The translations under genes were made by a program, and so were the position numbers. Below the pieces are notes generated by a model, which saw only the letters and a list, made by a program, of their open reading frames with translations, searched no databases and was not told the origin of the DNA. A DNA stretch of 33,233 bases from Gammaproteobacteria bacterium (GTDB taxonomy: Bacteria; Pseudomonadota; Gammaproteobacteria; UBA9214): the NCBI GenBank assembly GCA_030632175.1, contig DAOVVG010000002.1, positions 1 to 33,233 of the forward strand. The letters are read 5' to 3'. Shown here in pieces: positions 1 through 10,740 of the stretch (positions are counted from its first letter, which is position 1; each line of letters starts with the position of its first letter).

Positions 1-60
1 CGTGTGGTGATTTTTGATGTTGAGATTATTGATGTGGTGTTGGCGGATACGGATGACTGA
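1..60 (+). pseudogene. Mirror-image 3' fragment of the fkpB-like PPIase gene (..RVVIFDVEIIDVVLADTDD*), truncated by the window start. It is either a real convergent duplicate or an assembly fold-back.
   Basis: Frame +1 from base 1 translates to RVVIFDVEIIDVVLADTDD with a stop at 58-60. This matches the C-terminus of the 189..638 (-) product except V for L. How far it extends to the left cannot be known. Confidence 0.35.
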
Positions 61-89
61 GGTTTGTGTGTTTTATTCGTACAATCTAT

Positions 90-160
90 CGCGGACAAGG
101 TCCGCTCCTACACTAACCGCCGTTAATCGGTCCACCTGTAGGAGCGGACCTTGTCCGCGA
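90..160. repeat. REP doublet (REPIN-like): two inverted copies of a GTAG-headed hairpin, tgtaggaGCGGACcttgGTCCGCga
   Basis: Left copy 91-112 (gcggacaaggtccgctcctaca) and right copy 137-158 (tgtaggagcggaccttgtccgc). Each has an internal 6-bp GC stem (gcggac/gtccgc) with a 3-nt loop, and the GTAG/CTAC head typical of Pseudomonas-type REP elements. It lies just 3' of the fkpB stop. Confidence 0.6.
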
Positions 161-188
161 TAGATTGTACGAATAAAACACACAAACC

Positions 189-638
189 TCAGTCATCCGT
201 ATCCGCCAACACCACATCAATAATCTCAACATCAAAAATCAACACACGCCCTGCCAGCGGGTGATTAAAATCCACCTCAACACTGGTGTCATCTGTGGAA
301 ACAATCATTCCGGGTAATTCTTCACCCTCCGGGGTATCAAAACCAATAATACAACCGGGCTCCAGCGCCATTTCTGCAGGAAAATCCGCACGTGGCAAGC
401 GGTGCACTTTTTCGGGGTCACGCAAACCAAAGGCCTGTTCCGGGAAAAGACTCAGTCGCTGGGTGTCACCGGGACGCAAACCATAGAGACCCAGCTCCAG
501 CCCCTCGACCAGCGTTCCGTCGCCGAGGATAAATGTCAGCGGCTCGTCATCAAAGGTACTCTCGGCAACCGTACCATCTTCCAGCGTCAGGGAAAGATGC
601 AGTGTAACGGTGCTTTCAGGGCTGATCGGATATTTCAC
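189..638 (-). CDS. fkpB: FKBP-type peptidyl-prolyl cis-trans isomerase (SlpA/FkpB type, 149 aa)
   Basis: The translation shows FKBP-like motifs (HLSLTLEDGTV, FILGDGTLVEGLE, VDFNHPLAG). Size and position downstream of ileS-lspA match the E. coli ribF-ileS-lspA-fkpB order. The start codon is GTG. Confidence 0.9.
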   Translation of the reverse strand: MKYPISPESTVTLHLSLTLEDGTVAESTFDDEPLTFILGDGTLVEGLELGLYGLRPGDTQRLSLFPEQAFGLRDPEKVHRLPRADFPAEMALEPGCIIGFDTPEGEELPGMIVSTDDTSVEVDFNHPLAGRVLIFDVEIIDVVLADTDD

Positions 639-677
639 GTAAGGGCGTCTCGAAGCGTTTTAAACATCATGGCAGTT

Positions 678-761
678 GCAGGGCGGGTAAAGCGAAGCGT
701 AGCCGTCAGGAAATGGTGCTGGCTTGATGGCTACGCCGCTGCGCGCCTTTACCTATCCTGC
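678..761. repeat. Imperfect REP/BIME-like palindrome in the lspA-fkpB spacer
   Basis: Three pairings: gcagg(678-682)/cctgc(757-761), ggtaaag(686-692)/ctttacc(747-753), and gcgtagccgtca(697-708)/tgatggctacgc(725-736, 1 mismatch). The sequence style resembles enterobacterial REP (..tgatg.c.acgc...gcgc.tt.a.c..). Confidence 0.45.
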
Positions 762-813
762 GGCCTCCCGGATTAATTTACCTTTGTATTCGTTATCATG
801 TTACGAATAAGTA

Positions 814-1287
814 CTAGCCAACCCGGGTAGTTTCCCTGTTACCCAGGAGCGCATCCAGCAATAGCAGAAATGCACCTACCGAAATCGCAGCATCTGCGAC
901 ATTAAAAGCCGGCCAGTGCCAACTGCCGTAATAGACATCAATAAAGTCGATCACGTAACCGTACACCAGCCGGTCGATCAGGTTACCGGCAGCGCCGCCA
1001 AGGATTAACGCCAGCGCCAGGCTGGTGCCTGTTTCCCTTGCCGACAGGCGCCGCAGCCAGACAAGCAGCACACCGATAACGATGACCGCCAGCACGACAA
1101 AGAACCAGCGTTGCCAACCGGAAGCATCGCTGAGAAAACTGAACGCCGCACCCGGATTATAAGCCTTGTACAAGGCAATAAACGGAACCACTGCAACCTG
1201 CTGGTGCAGGGTGAGCATGGCGTCAGCCAGCAACTTGGTGCACTGATCAACCAGCAGCACGACAACGGACACCCACAACCATTTCAA
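814..1287 (-). CDS. lspA: Lipoprotein signal peptidase (signal peptidase II)
   Basis: 157-aa polytopic membrane protein with LspA motifs (NPGAAFSF, GGAAGNLIDR, FNVADAAI). It lies between ileS and fkpB. The apparent start is TTG. Confidence 0.93.
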   Translation of the reverse strand: MKWLWVSVVVLLVDQCTKLLADAMLTLHQQVAVVPFIALYKAYNPGAAFSFLSDASGWQRWFFVVLAVIVIGVLLVWLRRLSARETGTSLALALILGGAAGNLIDRLVYGYVIDFIDVYYGSWHWPAFNVADAAISVGAFLLLLDALLGNRETTRVG

Positions 1288-1311
1288 GGCACTGTTCTCG
1301 CTGGACCGTGT

Positions 1312-4158
1312 TCAGGCAAAACGACGCTGTTCGCCGGCGCCGCTGACATTTTCGACACAACGTCCGCAAATTTCCGGGTGATCCGCACTGGCGCCGACAT
1401 CCTCACGATGATGCCAGCAGCGCGCACACTTGGCATGTGTCGAAGCCGCCACCCTGATACTGAATGTCAACCCGGGGACATCCGCAGCCACGGCGTCATC
1501 CGGGCATTCACTGGCGGCATGAACACGCGCAGCGGAGGTAATCAGCAAAAACCGCAACTCGTCACCCACCGCATTCAACAGGGTGTGTGTTTCGTCATCC
1601 GCATACAGGTCCACCTCTGCTGCCAGTGATGAGCCGATCTTGCCGGCGGCACGCAGTTTCTCCAGCTCCTTGCTGACTGCTTCCCGCACGGTAATGATCT
1701 GATCCCAATAGCAAACCCCCATGCGCTGCAAAATCTCACCCTCGGAATAATAGGCCGGTGGTAATTCATACCAGCTAGACAGAAACACGGAATCTTCATG
1801 CTTGCCAGGGAGATGCTGCCAGATTTCCTCGGCAGTAAAACTCAAAATCGGTGCCAGCCAGCGTGCCAGCGCTTCAACAACATGATACATGGCGGACTGC
1901 GCCGAACGCCTGGCGACACTGTTCTCCTGCGTGGTGTACTGGCGGTCCTTGATAATGTCCAGGTAAAAACTGCCCATATCCACGTTACAGAAATTGTGCA
2001 CCAGCTGATATATGCGGTGAAACTCGTAACTCTCGTACGCCTGCTTGATCTGGTCCTGCAATTCGCGCGTGCGTTCCAGTGTCCAGCGATCCAGGCACAG
2101 CATCTGCTCGGGATCCAGCAGGTCCTTTTCGGGATCAAACCCGGAAAGATTGGCGAGCAAAAAGCGCGCCGTATTACGCAAGCGGCGATAGGCCTCCGCG
2201 GTACGTTTCAGGATCTCGTCCGAGACATTCATTTCGCCGCGATAGTCTGTCGCGGCCACCCACAGGCGCAGGATATCGGCACCCAGTGAATTGACAATCT
2301 TTTGTGGTGCCACCACGTTGCCACGTGACTTGGACATCTTCTGCCCCTTGGCATCCACTGTAAAACCGTGCGTCAGCACCGTCTTGTATGGAGCCGTTCC
2401 GCGCATCGCAATCGAACTCAGCAACGACGACTGGAACCAGCCACGGTGCTGGTCAGAACCCTCAAGGTACAGATCAGCCGGCACACCCAGTTGCGCGCGC
2501 TGTTCCAGCACGGAAAAGTGTGACACCCCGGAATCAAACCACACATCCAGCGTATCCCCGACCTTGTCGTAATCATCCGCCTCAGCACCAAGCAGTTCCT
2601 CTGCCTCCAGTTCAAACCAGGCATCAATGCCCTGTACTTCCACCTTATTGGCAACCTCTTCTATCAGGCGCGCCGTCTGCGGGTGCAACTCACCGGTTTG
2701 CCGGTGAATGAACAGCGTAATCGGCACACCCCAGGTGCGCTGCCGCGAGACACACCAGTCCGGCCGGTTAGCAACCATTCCCTCGATGCGGGCCTCGCCC
2801 CAGTCAGGCAGCCATTGCACGTCCTTAATCGCATCCAGCGCAGCGGCACGCAGTCCCGCCTGCTCCATGCTGATAAACCACTGCGGTGTCGCCCGGAAAA
2901 TGATCGGTGTCTTGTGACGCCAGCAATGCGGGTAGCTGTGGTGCAGCATCTCTTCGTGTACCAGCGCACCCTTGCCCTTCAATACTTCAATAACATGATC
3001 GTTGGCCTTGAAGACATGCTCACCGGCAAACAGCTCGGTATCGGGCAGAAAACAGCCCCGGCTGTCGACAGGATTATCGACCGGCAGGTCGTAACGACTG
3101 CCAACCACATAGTCATCCTGACCATGACCAGGGGCCGTGTGCACGGCACCGGTGCCAGCCTCTGCGGTCACATGATCACCGAGAACAATCGGCACCTCCC
3201 GATCATAGAACGGGTGCCCCAACAGCTGTCCTTCCAGGTCACTGCCCTTGCAGTAGGCAATCACCCGGTATTTCTCGACACCAAAACGCAGCATCACATC
3301 CTTGAGCAAACCCTCGGCCAGCAACAAACGTTCGGTACCCGTGTCGGTCTCGCATTGCACCACGGCGTATTCGAATTCCGGATTCAGTGAGACCGCGCGA
3401 TTCGCTGGCAGGGTCCAGGGGGTCGTCGTCCAGATCACAACCGAGAACGGCCCTTCGCCGGCATGTCCCTCGACATGGTGGCAACAGGACAGCAGGCCCT
3501 CTTCATTCAAGACGCGGAAACGAACATCAATGGCCGGGGAGTTCTTGTCCTCGTACTCAACCTCAGCCTCAGCCAGCGCCGAACCGCAATCCGTACACCA
3601 GTGCACCGGCTTGAAACCCTTGTGCAGGTGGTTGTTGTCGACTATACGACCCAGCGCGCGAATGATATTCGCCTCGTACTGGTAATCCATGGTGAGATAG
3701 GGATTCTGCCATTCACCAAACACTCCCAAACGAACAAAATCCTTGCGCTGTCCGTCAACCTGCTTGCCGGCATAGTCACGACAGGCCTTTCTGAAGGTGG
3801 CAGCATCGACCTTGACCCCGGCCTTGCCAATCTTCTTTTCTACATTGAGCTCAATCGGCAGCCCATGACAATCCCAGCCCGGAACATAGGGTGCGTCATA
3901 ACCACTCAGGGTCTTGCTCTTGACGATAATATCCTTCAACACCTTGTTGACGGCATGACCGATATGAATTTCACCATTGGCATACGGCGGACCGTCATGC
4001 AGTACAAAGCGCGGACGACTTTCACCCGCGCGTCGCAACTGCCCGTAGATATCCATTTCATCCCAGCGCTTGAGCATGTCAGGTTCGCGATTGGACAAAT
4101 TGCCCTTCATCGGAAAGGCCGTCTTGGGAAGGTTCAGTGTGTCTTTGTAATCAGTCAT
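1312..4158 (-). CDS. ileS: Isoleucine--tRNA ligase
   Basis: 948 aa with the class I HIGH motif ([13 protein letters not shown]), KMSKS (KMSKSRGN) and a C-terminal Zn finger (CARCWHH...CGRC). Confidence 0.98.
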   Translation of the reverse strand: MTDYKDTLNLPKTAFPMKGNLSNREPDMLKRWDEMDIYGQLRRAGESRPRFVLHDGPPYANGEIHIGHAVNKVLKDIIVKSKTLSGYDAPYVPGWDCHGLPIELNVEKKIGKAGVKVDAATFRKACRDYAGKQVDGQRKDFVRLGVFGEWQNPYLTMDYQYEANIIRALGRIVDNNHLHKGFKPVHWCTDCGSALAEAEVEYEDKNSPAIDVRFRVLNEEGLLSCCHHVEGHAGEGPFSVVIWTTTPWTLPANRAVSLNPEFEYAVVQCETDTGTERLLLAEGLLKDVMLRFGVEKYRVIAYCKGSDLEGQLLGHPFYDREVPIVLGDHVTAEAGTGAVHTAPGHGQDDYVVGSRYDLPVDNPVDSRGCFLPDTELFAGEHVFKANDHVIEVLKGKGALVHEEMLHHSYPHCWRHKTPIIFRATPQWFISMEQAGLRAAALDAIKDVQWLPDWGEARIEGMVANRPDWCVSRQRTWGVPITLFIHRQTGELHPQTARLIEEVANKVEVQGIDAWFELEAEELLGAEADDYDKVGDTLDVWFDSGVSHFSVLEQRAQLGVPADLYLEGSDQHRGWFQSSLLSSIAMRGTAPYKTVLTHGFTVDAKGQKMSKSRGNVVAPQKIVNSLGADILRLWVAATDYRGEMNVSDEILKRTAEAYRRLRNTARFLLANLSGFDPEKDLLDPEQMLCLDRWTLERTRELQDQIKQAYESYEFHRIYQLVHNFCNVDMGSFYLDIIKDRQYTTQENSVARRSAQSAMYHVVEALARWLAPILSFTAEEIWQHLPGKHEDSVFLSSWYELPPAYYSEGEILQRMGVCYWDQIITVREAVSKELEKLRAAGKIGSSLAAEVDLYADDETHTLLNAVGDELRFLLITSAARVHAASECPDDAVAADVPGLTFSIRVAASTHAKCARCWHHREDVGASADHPEICGRCVENVSGAGEQRRFA

Positions 4159-4230
4159 CTATCCAGTTACCGCCAAGGGGCAAAAAGCGCGCAGAAAGCG
4201 CAAGGTTATAACCTAATAACAGGTTGAATC

Positions 4231-5196
4231 CTACTTATCTTTGCTAATAGGGTCATCGAATCCGGGCTGCGCCTGCCTGAAGAAATCCCTCGCCTGTTCG
4301 GCATCCTGCTGAATTTGCAGTTTCAGCACGTCAAAGGAATCAAACTTGCGTTCAGGGCGCAATTTCTTCAGAAAACTGACCCGTACATGACGCCCGTAGA
4401 TTTCACGGTCGAAGTCGAACAGGTGCACCTCCAGCAAGGAGCGGGTGCCATCAACGGTCGGCCGGTTACCGACATTCGCCACCCCGCACAGGGGCTGGTC
4501 TTCAATACCGTGCATTTCGACGGCAAACACCCCGGCCACCGGTACCAGGGTACGGTGCAGGAAGATATTGGCCGTCGGAAAGCCAATGGTCCGGCCGCGC
4601 TTGTCACCGTGTGCGACCCGCCCGCTCATCCAGTAAGGCCGCCCCAACAGCAGCGCCGCCCCGGACAAGTCTCCCTGCAGCAGGGCCTCCCGGATACGCG
4701 TACTGCTGACACGCGCCGTCCCGACACAGAAAGTATGCATATTTATCACCGGAAAGCCGCGTTCGCGGCCGGCCGCTTCCAGCATTTCGAAGTTACCGCC
4801 ACGCGCCTTGCCATAACGAAAATCGTCCCCGACAACCAGGTACTTTACCTCCAGACCATCCAGTAAAATACGTTGTATAAATTTTTTTGGTTCAAGGCTC
4901 GCCAGATGATCGTCAAACCGCAGACAGACGACACGGTCAATACCACAGTGTTGCAAAACCTCCAGCTTTTCCCGGAAGCGTGTCAGTCGGGGTGGCGCCG
5001 CTTCCGGTGCAAAATATTCACGCGGCTGCGGTTCAAAGGTTACCAGCGTAACCGGCAATTGCCGGCTCCTGCCCTGCTCTACCAGTCGCGCAAGCACGGC
5101 CTGATGACCAAGATGCACGCCATCGAAGCTGCCGATCGTTGCTGCACAACCCCGGTGTTCAGCTCGCAAATTGTATAAACCACGAACCAGTTCCAT
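4231..5196 (-). CDS. ribF: Bifunctional riboflavin kinase / FMN adenylyltransferase
   Basis: 321 aa containing GSFDGVHLGHQ, the C-terminal kinase motif GFPTAN and LLEVHLFDF. Conserved position upstream of ileS. Confidence 0.96.
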   Translation of the reverse strand: MELVRGLYNLRAEHRGCAATIGSFDGVHLGHQAVLARLVEQGRSRQLPVTLVTFEPQPREYFAPEAAPPRLTRFREKLEVLQHCGIDRVVCLRFDDHLASLEPKKFIQRILLDGLEVKYLVVGDDFRYGKARGGNFEMLEAAGRERGFPVINMHTFCVGTARVSSTRIREALLQGDLSGAALLLGRPYWMSGRVAHGDKRGRTIGFPTANIFLHRTLVPVAGVFAVEMHGIEDQPLCGVANVGNRPTVDGTRSLLEVHLFDFDREIYGRHVRVSFLKKLRPERKFDSFDVLKLQIQQDAEQARDFFRQAQPGFDDPISKDK

Positions 5197-5249
5197 CAGC
5201 AGGGACCGACCTCAACAGTAAACGTGAAAGTATAAGGCATCAGCAGGTG

Positions 5250-6836
5250 TCAGGCAGAACCCTGGTCCTCATCGTGCCGGATTTTCCAGAGACTCCTGAG
5301 CCGCAAACCAACCAGCTGTAACACAATAAAATAGGCCGCTGCCCCCGCCGTAATCGAGACAAACAGCCCGGAGATCCGCAACCAGACAGACCAGTCCAGC
5401 CATACCTGCATGCCCGGTACACCCCAGAAAAGTACTGCGCCCAGCGCAAAACCAGACAGACCGATTTGCAGAAAAAACCGCCTCCAGCCCAATTCCGGAC
5501 GGTAAACCTGGTGTTTTCTCAGCATGCGGTATAGCAAACCGGCGTTCACCCAGGCGGCTATCGACGTCGCCAACGCCAGACCGGCATGCGGACCAGGCAC
5601 GCTGAGCATGACCAGTGGCACAACAAAAACCAGGTTCAGCGCCATGTTGGTTACCAGTGCAACGATGGCAATACGCACCGGGGTGCGGGTGTCCTTGCGT
5701 GAATAAAATGCGGGCGCCAGCACCTTCACCAACATGAATGCAGGCAGCCCGAGGGTATAAGCCATCAGGCTCAGACCAGCCATGTCGACATCCGCGGTAT
5801 TGAAATCGCCGTAATTGAACAGGGTTGCCAGCATCGGTCGCGCCAGCATAAACAGACCGATGGCCGACGGCAGCGCAACCAACAGCACCAGCCGCAGTCC
5901 CCAGTCAACAGTGCGGGAAAATTCCTCCAGCGAGTCTGTGGCATGACTGCGTGACAGGCTCGGCAGAATGACGGTTGACAGTGCAATGGCAAACACCCCC
6001 AACGGAAATTCAACCAGTCGGTCAGAGTAGTACAGCCAGCTGACACTGCCTGCCACCAGGAACGAGGCAATCAGGGTATCGAACAACAGGTTAATCTGGG
6101 CAACAGACGAACCGATAATCCCCGGCAGCATAAGTTTCATGATGCGGCGTACACCCGCGTCCCGCATGCCCCACTGCGGGCGGGGAAACAGGCCCACGCG
6201 TTTCAGTGACGGCAGCAGAAACAGCACCTGCACAATACCGGCTACCAGCACACCACCGGCCAGCGCCAGTTCCGGCTGGGCCAGTCGCGGTGAAACCACG
6301 ATGGCTGCGCCAATCAACACCACGTTCAGCCACACCGGGGCAAAGGAAGCCGCGGCAAAACGACCGTAGGTATTCAGAATTCCCGCAGCAAACGCCACCA
6401 GCGACACCAGCAACAGATAGGGGAAAGTCATGCGCAGCATCATGGCGGCCAGGTCAAACTGCGCCGGGTCGCGGTACAGGAACCCGGGAGCAAACACAGC
6501 CACCAGCACCGGGCTCGCCAGCACTCCGATCACCGTAATCAGGGACAAAATACCCAGCAGGGTACCGGCGACCCGGTTAACCAGCTGCTGCACCTCACGG
6601 GCATCCTGCTGTTCCTTGTATTCGGCAATAATCGGCACGAATGCCTGCGAGAAAGCGCCTTCAGCAAACAGACGTCGCATGAAATTCGGAATTTTAAAGG
6701 CGACAAAAAAGGCGTCCATACTGGCATCGGCGCCAAACCAGCGTGCCAGCACGATATCCCTGACCAGCCCGAGAACCCGGGATACCAGCGTCATACTCCC
6801 GACTATTGCTGTATTTTTCAGTAACTTACGACTCAT
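5250..6836 (-). CDS. murJ: Lipid II flippase MurJ (MviN)
   Basis: Polytopic membrane protein. The N-terminus (SRVLGLVRDIVLARWFGA..DAFFVAFKIPNFMRRLFAEGAFSQAFVPI) closely follows E. coli MurJ. I place the start at the ATG at 6836. The ORF track extends two codons further to a TTG at 6842. Confidence 0.94.
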   Translation of the reverse strand: MSRKLLKNTAIVGSMTLVSRVLGLVRDIVLARWFGADASMDAFFVAFKIPNFMRRLFAEGAFSQAFVPIIAEYKEQQDAREVQQLVNRVAGTLLGILSLITVIGVLASPVLVAVFAPGFLYRDPAQFDLAAMMLRMTFPYLLLVSLVAFAAGILNTYGRFAAASFAPVWLNVVLIGAAIVVSPRLAQPELALAGGVLVAGIVQVLFLLPSLKRVGLFPRPQWGMRDAGVRRIMKLMLPGIIGSSVAQINLLFDTLIASFLVAGSVSWLYYSDRLVEFPLGVFAIALSTVILPSLSRSHATDSLEEFSRTVDWGLRLVLLVALPSAIGLFMLARPMLATLFNYGDFNTADVDMAGLSLMAYTLGLPAFMLVKVLAPAFYSRKDTRTPVRIAIVALVTNMALNLVFVVPLVMLSVPGPHAGLALATSIAAWVNAGLLYRMLRKHQVYRPELGWRRFFLQIGLSGFALGAVLFWGVPGMQVWLDWSVWLRISGLFVSITAGAAAYFIVLQLVGLRLRSLWKIRHDEDQGSA

Positions 6837-6997
6837 GGCCAAATATGCTTTTTATCATCAACAGGGAACAGACCGCATTGAATCAGGAAAGGTATCAACT
6901 AAAACAGTCGCTTACCAGCAAAGCCTGCGGGAATAACCTCGCTGCCGGCAGCAGCGGCGGAACCAGCCAGTCAGGTGGTGGAATTACCGCCCCGAGA

Positions 6998-7026
6998 TTG
7001 ACAAATCCGGCTGAAATCCGCATAGT
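6998..7026 (+). promoter_or_regulatory. Putative sigma70 promoter of rpsT (TTGACA - 17 nt - CATAGT)
   Basis: TTGACA at 6998-7003, a 17-nt spacer, then CATAGT at 7021-7026, about 40 nt upstream of the rpsT start. Confidence 0.55.
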
Positions 7027-7065
7027 ACGCCGTCTTTCGAATCAAGAGATGCAGGAGCAGTTCCT

Positions 7066-7326
7066 TTGGCCAATTCAGCACAAGCACTCAAACGCTCACG
7101 GCAGGCAGAAAAGAGCCGTCAGCGGAACGCCAGTCAGCGGTCCAACATGCGCACAGCCATTAAAAAAGTTATCGCGGCGATTGCAGCCGGCGATCGTGAC
7201 CAAGCCAAACAGGCTTACGATTCAGCCGTACCGGTAATTGACAACGCAGCCGGCAAAGGTCTTATCCATGCCAACAAGGCAGCTCGCCATAAAAGCCGTC
7301 TGAATAATCATATTCGCAGCCTCTAG
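7066..7326 (+). CDS. rpsT: 30S ribosomal protein S20
   Basis: 86 aa, [34 protein letters not shown].. The start is TTG at 7066-7068, preceded by GCAGGAG. E. coli rpsT also uses a UUG start. Confidence 0.96.
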   Translation: MANSAQALKRSRQAEKSRQRNASQRSNMRTAIKKVIAAIAAGDRDQAKQAYDSAVPVIDNAAGKGLIHANKAARHKSRLNNHIRSL

Positions 7327-7344
7327 GCCGCACAGCATACTTAA

Positions 7345-7376
7345 TAAAAAAGCCGGTCACTGACCGGCTTTTTTAT
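7345..7376. terminator. Bidirectional rho-independent terminator between rpsT (+) and proB (-)
   Basis: aaaaaAGCCGGTcactgACCGGCTttttt: a GC-rich stem flanked by an A-run on one side and a T-run on the other. Confidence 0.85.
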
Positions 7377-7416
7377 TGCTCGCGGTTTCATAAACCAGCT
7401 ACAACAATTTTACTGC

Positions 7417-8544
7417 TCAGGTCGTCATCACCAGGTTATCGCGGTGCACCAGTTCTACCTCATCGACATAGCCCAGCAATGCCTCGATGCGGCTGCTCGG
7501 CTGACCAATAATTTTTTCTGATTCCGACGCACTGTAATTCACCAGGCCACGGGCAATTTCCTCGCCCGACGGCCCCAGGCAAACCACCAGGTCACCGCGC
7601 TGGAAATTACCCTCAACCCGGGTAACGCCCACCGGCAACAAACTGCTGCCTGAACTGCGCAACTTGTTCACCGCACCGTCATCCAGCAGCAAACGTCCCC
7701 GCACCTGTAACTGGCCCGCAAGCCATTGCTTGCGAGCCGCAAACGGCGCACAGGCAGGATACAAACGCGTACCCAGCGCTTCATCAGCCGCCAGCCGTTG
7801 CAGAACATTGTTTTCATTACCGGAGGCAATCAGTGTCAATACACCGGAACGCGCCGCGCGGGCCGCCGCCCTCACCTTGGTCAGCATCCCACCGCGGCCC
7901 AGTGCCCCGGCGCTGCCGGCAGCCATGGTTTCCAGGGCAACATCGCCGGCCTGCGCCTCCGGTATCAGCTTCGCAGCAGGATTGGTGCGTGGATCGCTGT
8001 CGAGCAAACCATCCTGATCCGTCAACAGTACCAGCAGATCGGCACCCACCAGATTGGCAACCAGCGCCGCCAGGGTGTCGTTATCTCCCAAACGAATTTC
8101 ATCGGTAGTCACTGTGTCGTTTTCATTAACGATCGGTATCACACCCAGACCCAGCAATGTCTGCAGGGTACTGCGGGCATTGAGGTAACGCTGCCGGTCG
8201 GCAAGATCTTCGTGTGTCAGCAGTACCTGGGCGGTATGCAAGCCGTATTTCTGGAACCGTGATTCGTATGCCTGCACCAGTCCCATCTGCCCGACGGCTG
8301 CAGCTGCCTGCAGTTCATGCAGCGCATGAGGGCGCTGCGTCCACCCCAGCCGTGTCATACCTTCGGCCACTGCACCGGATGACACCAGCAGGATTTCATG
8401 ACCGGCCTGCTGCAGGGTAGCCATCTGCCCAACCCAGTCGTTAATCGCATCAGCGGCCAGCCCCTGTCCGTCGTTGGTTAACAGCGCACTGCCGATCTTG
8501 ATGACCCAGCGCTGGCACTCACTTGTTTTAATCTTCTCGGACAT
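7417..8544 (-). CDS. proB: Glutamate 5-kinase with C-terminal PUA domain
   Basis: [11 protein letters not shown].., [23 protein letters not shown] and a C-terminal PUA-like segment. The start is placed at MSEKIK (8544) by N-terminal length relative to E. coli ProB. The ORF track's upstream ATG at 8580 is an alternative, and neither has a clear SD. Confidence 0.92.
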   Translation of the reverse strand: MSEKIKTSECQRWVIKIGSALLTNDGQGLAADAINDWVGQMATLQQAGHEILLVSSGAVAEGMTRLGWTQRPHALHELQAAAAVGQMGLVQAYESRFQKYGLHTAQVLLTHEDLADRQRYLNARSTLQTLLGLGVIPIVNENDTVTTDEIRLGDNDTLAALVANLVGADLLVLLTDQDGLLDSDPRTNPAAKLIPEAQAGDVALETMAAGSAGALGRGGMLTKVRAAARAARSGVLTLIASGNENNVLQRLAADEALGTRLYPACAPFAARKQWLAGQLQVRGRLLLDDGAVNKLRSSGSSLLPVGVTRVEGNFQRGDLVVCLGPSGEEIARGLVNYSASESEKIIGQPSSRIEALLGYVDEVELVHRDNLVMTT

Positions 8545-8596
8545 AGGTTTGGTATAACGGTACCCGTCACATACTGACATATATTGAAACCAGAGG

Positions 8597-9899
<1,303 letters not shown>

Positions 9900-9910
9900 A
9901 GTATTACCGT

Positions 9911-9943
9911 CAAAAACAAAAAACCCCGCTCGGAGGCGGGGCT
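9911..9943 (-). terminator. Rho-independent terminator after rpmA
   Basis: The minus strand reads CCCCGCctccgaGCGGGGttttttgttttt, about 25 nt downstream of the rpmA stop. Confidence 0.85.
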
Positions 9944-9967
9944 TGGTGCTACCGGCTGGTGTCAGGC

Positions 9968-10225
9968 TCAGCCAGCAACAATTTCTACAAACTTGCGGCT
10001 CTTCGCACCCCGCTGCACAAACCGGACAACACCGTTGCTCTTGGCAAACAGGGTATGGTCTCTGCCACAGCCGACATTCTTGCCGGGATGGAAATGTGTA
10101 CCGCGCTGCCGTACCAGAATATTACCGGCCAGTACGGTCTCACCACCGTAGCGTTTTACGCCCAGTCGTTTCGATTCGGAATCGCGACCGTTACGCGTAC
10201 TGCCGCCTGCTTTTTTATGTGCCAT
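9968..10225 (-). CDS. rpmA: 50S ribosomal protein L27
   Basis: [24 protein letters not shown].. is the canonical L27 N-terminus. 85 aa. Confidence 0.98.
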   Translation of the reverse strand: MAHKKAGGSTRNGRDSESKRLGVKRYGGETVLAGNILVRQRGTHFHPGKNVGCGRDHTLFAKSNGVVRFVQRGAKSRKFVEIVAG

Positions 10226-10249
10226 TGAATAGTCCTCTAAATAGGGCGG

Positions 10250-10561
10250 TTAACCGCTGATACCGGTGATTTCAACTTCAGTGTAATTCTGGCGGTGTCC
10301 CATCCTTTTCATGTGATGCTTGCGTCGGCGGAACTTGATGATTTCTACCTTTTTGGCGCGCCCGTGTGCCTTCACCGTGGCAGTCACCTTGCCACCATCA
10401 ACCAGCGGCGTACCAATCTTGACGTCTTCCCCTTCACCAACCATCAGAACATGGTCGAATTCGACAGCATCACCTTCGCTGGCCTCAAGTGTCTCAACCC
10501 GCAACGTTTCTCCCTGAGTAACGCGATACTGCTTTCCGCCCGTCTTTATAACCGCATACAT
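10250..10561 (-). CDS. rplU: 50S ribosomal protein L21
   Basis: [14 protein letters not shown].. is the canonical L21 start, with GGAG 8 nt upstream. The 124-aa version in the ORF track adds a non-homologous 21-aa extension. Confidence 0.96.
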   Translation of the reverse strand: MYAVIKTGGKQYRVTQGETLRVETLEASEGDAVEFDHVLMVGEGEDVKIGTPLVDGGKVTATVKAHGRAKKVEIIKFRRRKHHMKRMGHRQNYTEVEITGISG

Positions 10562-10608
10562 GTTGAAAACTCCAAATACTTCAGATTCATTGTCGAAAAA
10601 GGCCGCTA

Positions 10609-10637
10609 ATTCTAATGTTTGCACCCGGTCAGGTCAA
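10609..10637 (-). promoter_or_regulatory. Putative sigma70 promoter of rplU-rpmA (TTGACC - 17 nt - TAGAAT)
   Basis: On the minus strand: TTGACC (10637-10632), a 17-nt spacer, then TAGAAT (10614-10609), about 50 nt upstream of the rplU ATG. Confidence 0.55.
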
Positions 10638-10740
10638 TCAAATCCATTCTGGCACAAGGTGATTAAGCCCGTTAAACTTGCCGTGATGACAATCCGCACT
10701 GTCCCGGCAGACGAAATGCCGCCTGAAGGCTTGAGAATAT

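Larger units (their letters stand above)
1..248. repeat. Large fold-back inverted repeat: arms 1-112 and 137-248, with a 24-nt loop at 113-136
   Basis: Direct comparison: base i pairs with base 249-i across 112 nt. The only mismatch is G7 against A242. The arms contain the last 60 nt of fkpB, its 3' flank and a REP-like hairpin. Confidence 0.95.

Noticed and set aside
402-776. 124-aa plus-strand ORF spanning the fkpB 5' region and the lspA-fkpB spacer
   Set aside because: It is antisense to fkpB and runs through the REP-like palindrome, with no homology features.
2683-4227. Long plus-strand ORFs (235 and 254 aa) opposite ileS. Similar antisense ORFs lie opposite ispB (10930..11565), the PP2C gene (12621..13196), proB (7726..8262), ribF (4315..4866), the dehydrogenase (27168..27716, 27780..28418) and yggS (28279..28857).
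   Set aside because: These are shadow ORFs on the strand opposite clearly homologous genes. Their translations are Arg/Pro/Gly/Ala-rich with no recognisable motifs.
10562-10624. N-terminal 21-aa extension of rplU in the ORF track ([21 protein letters not shown])
   Set aside because: L21 universally starts at MYAVI... A GGAG SD precedes that ATG, and the putative promoter lies inside the extension.
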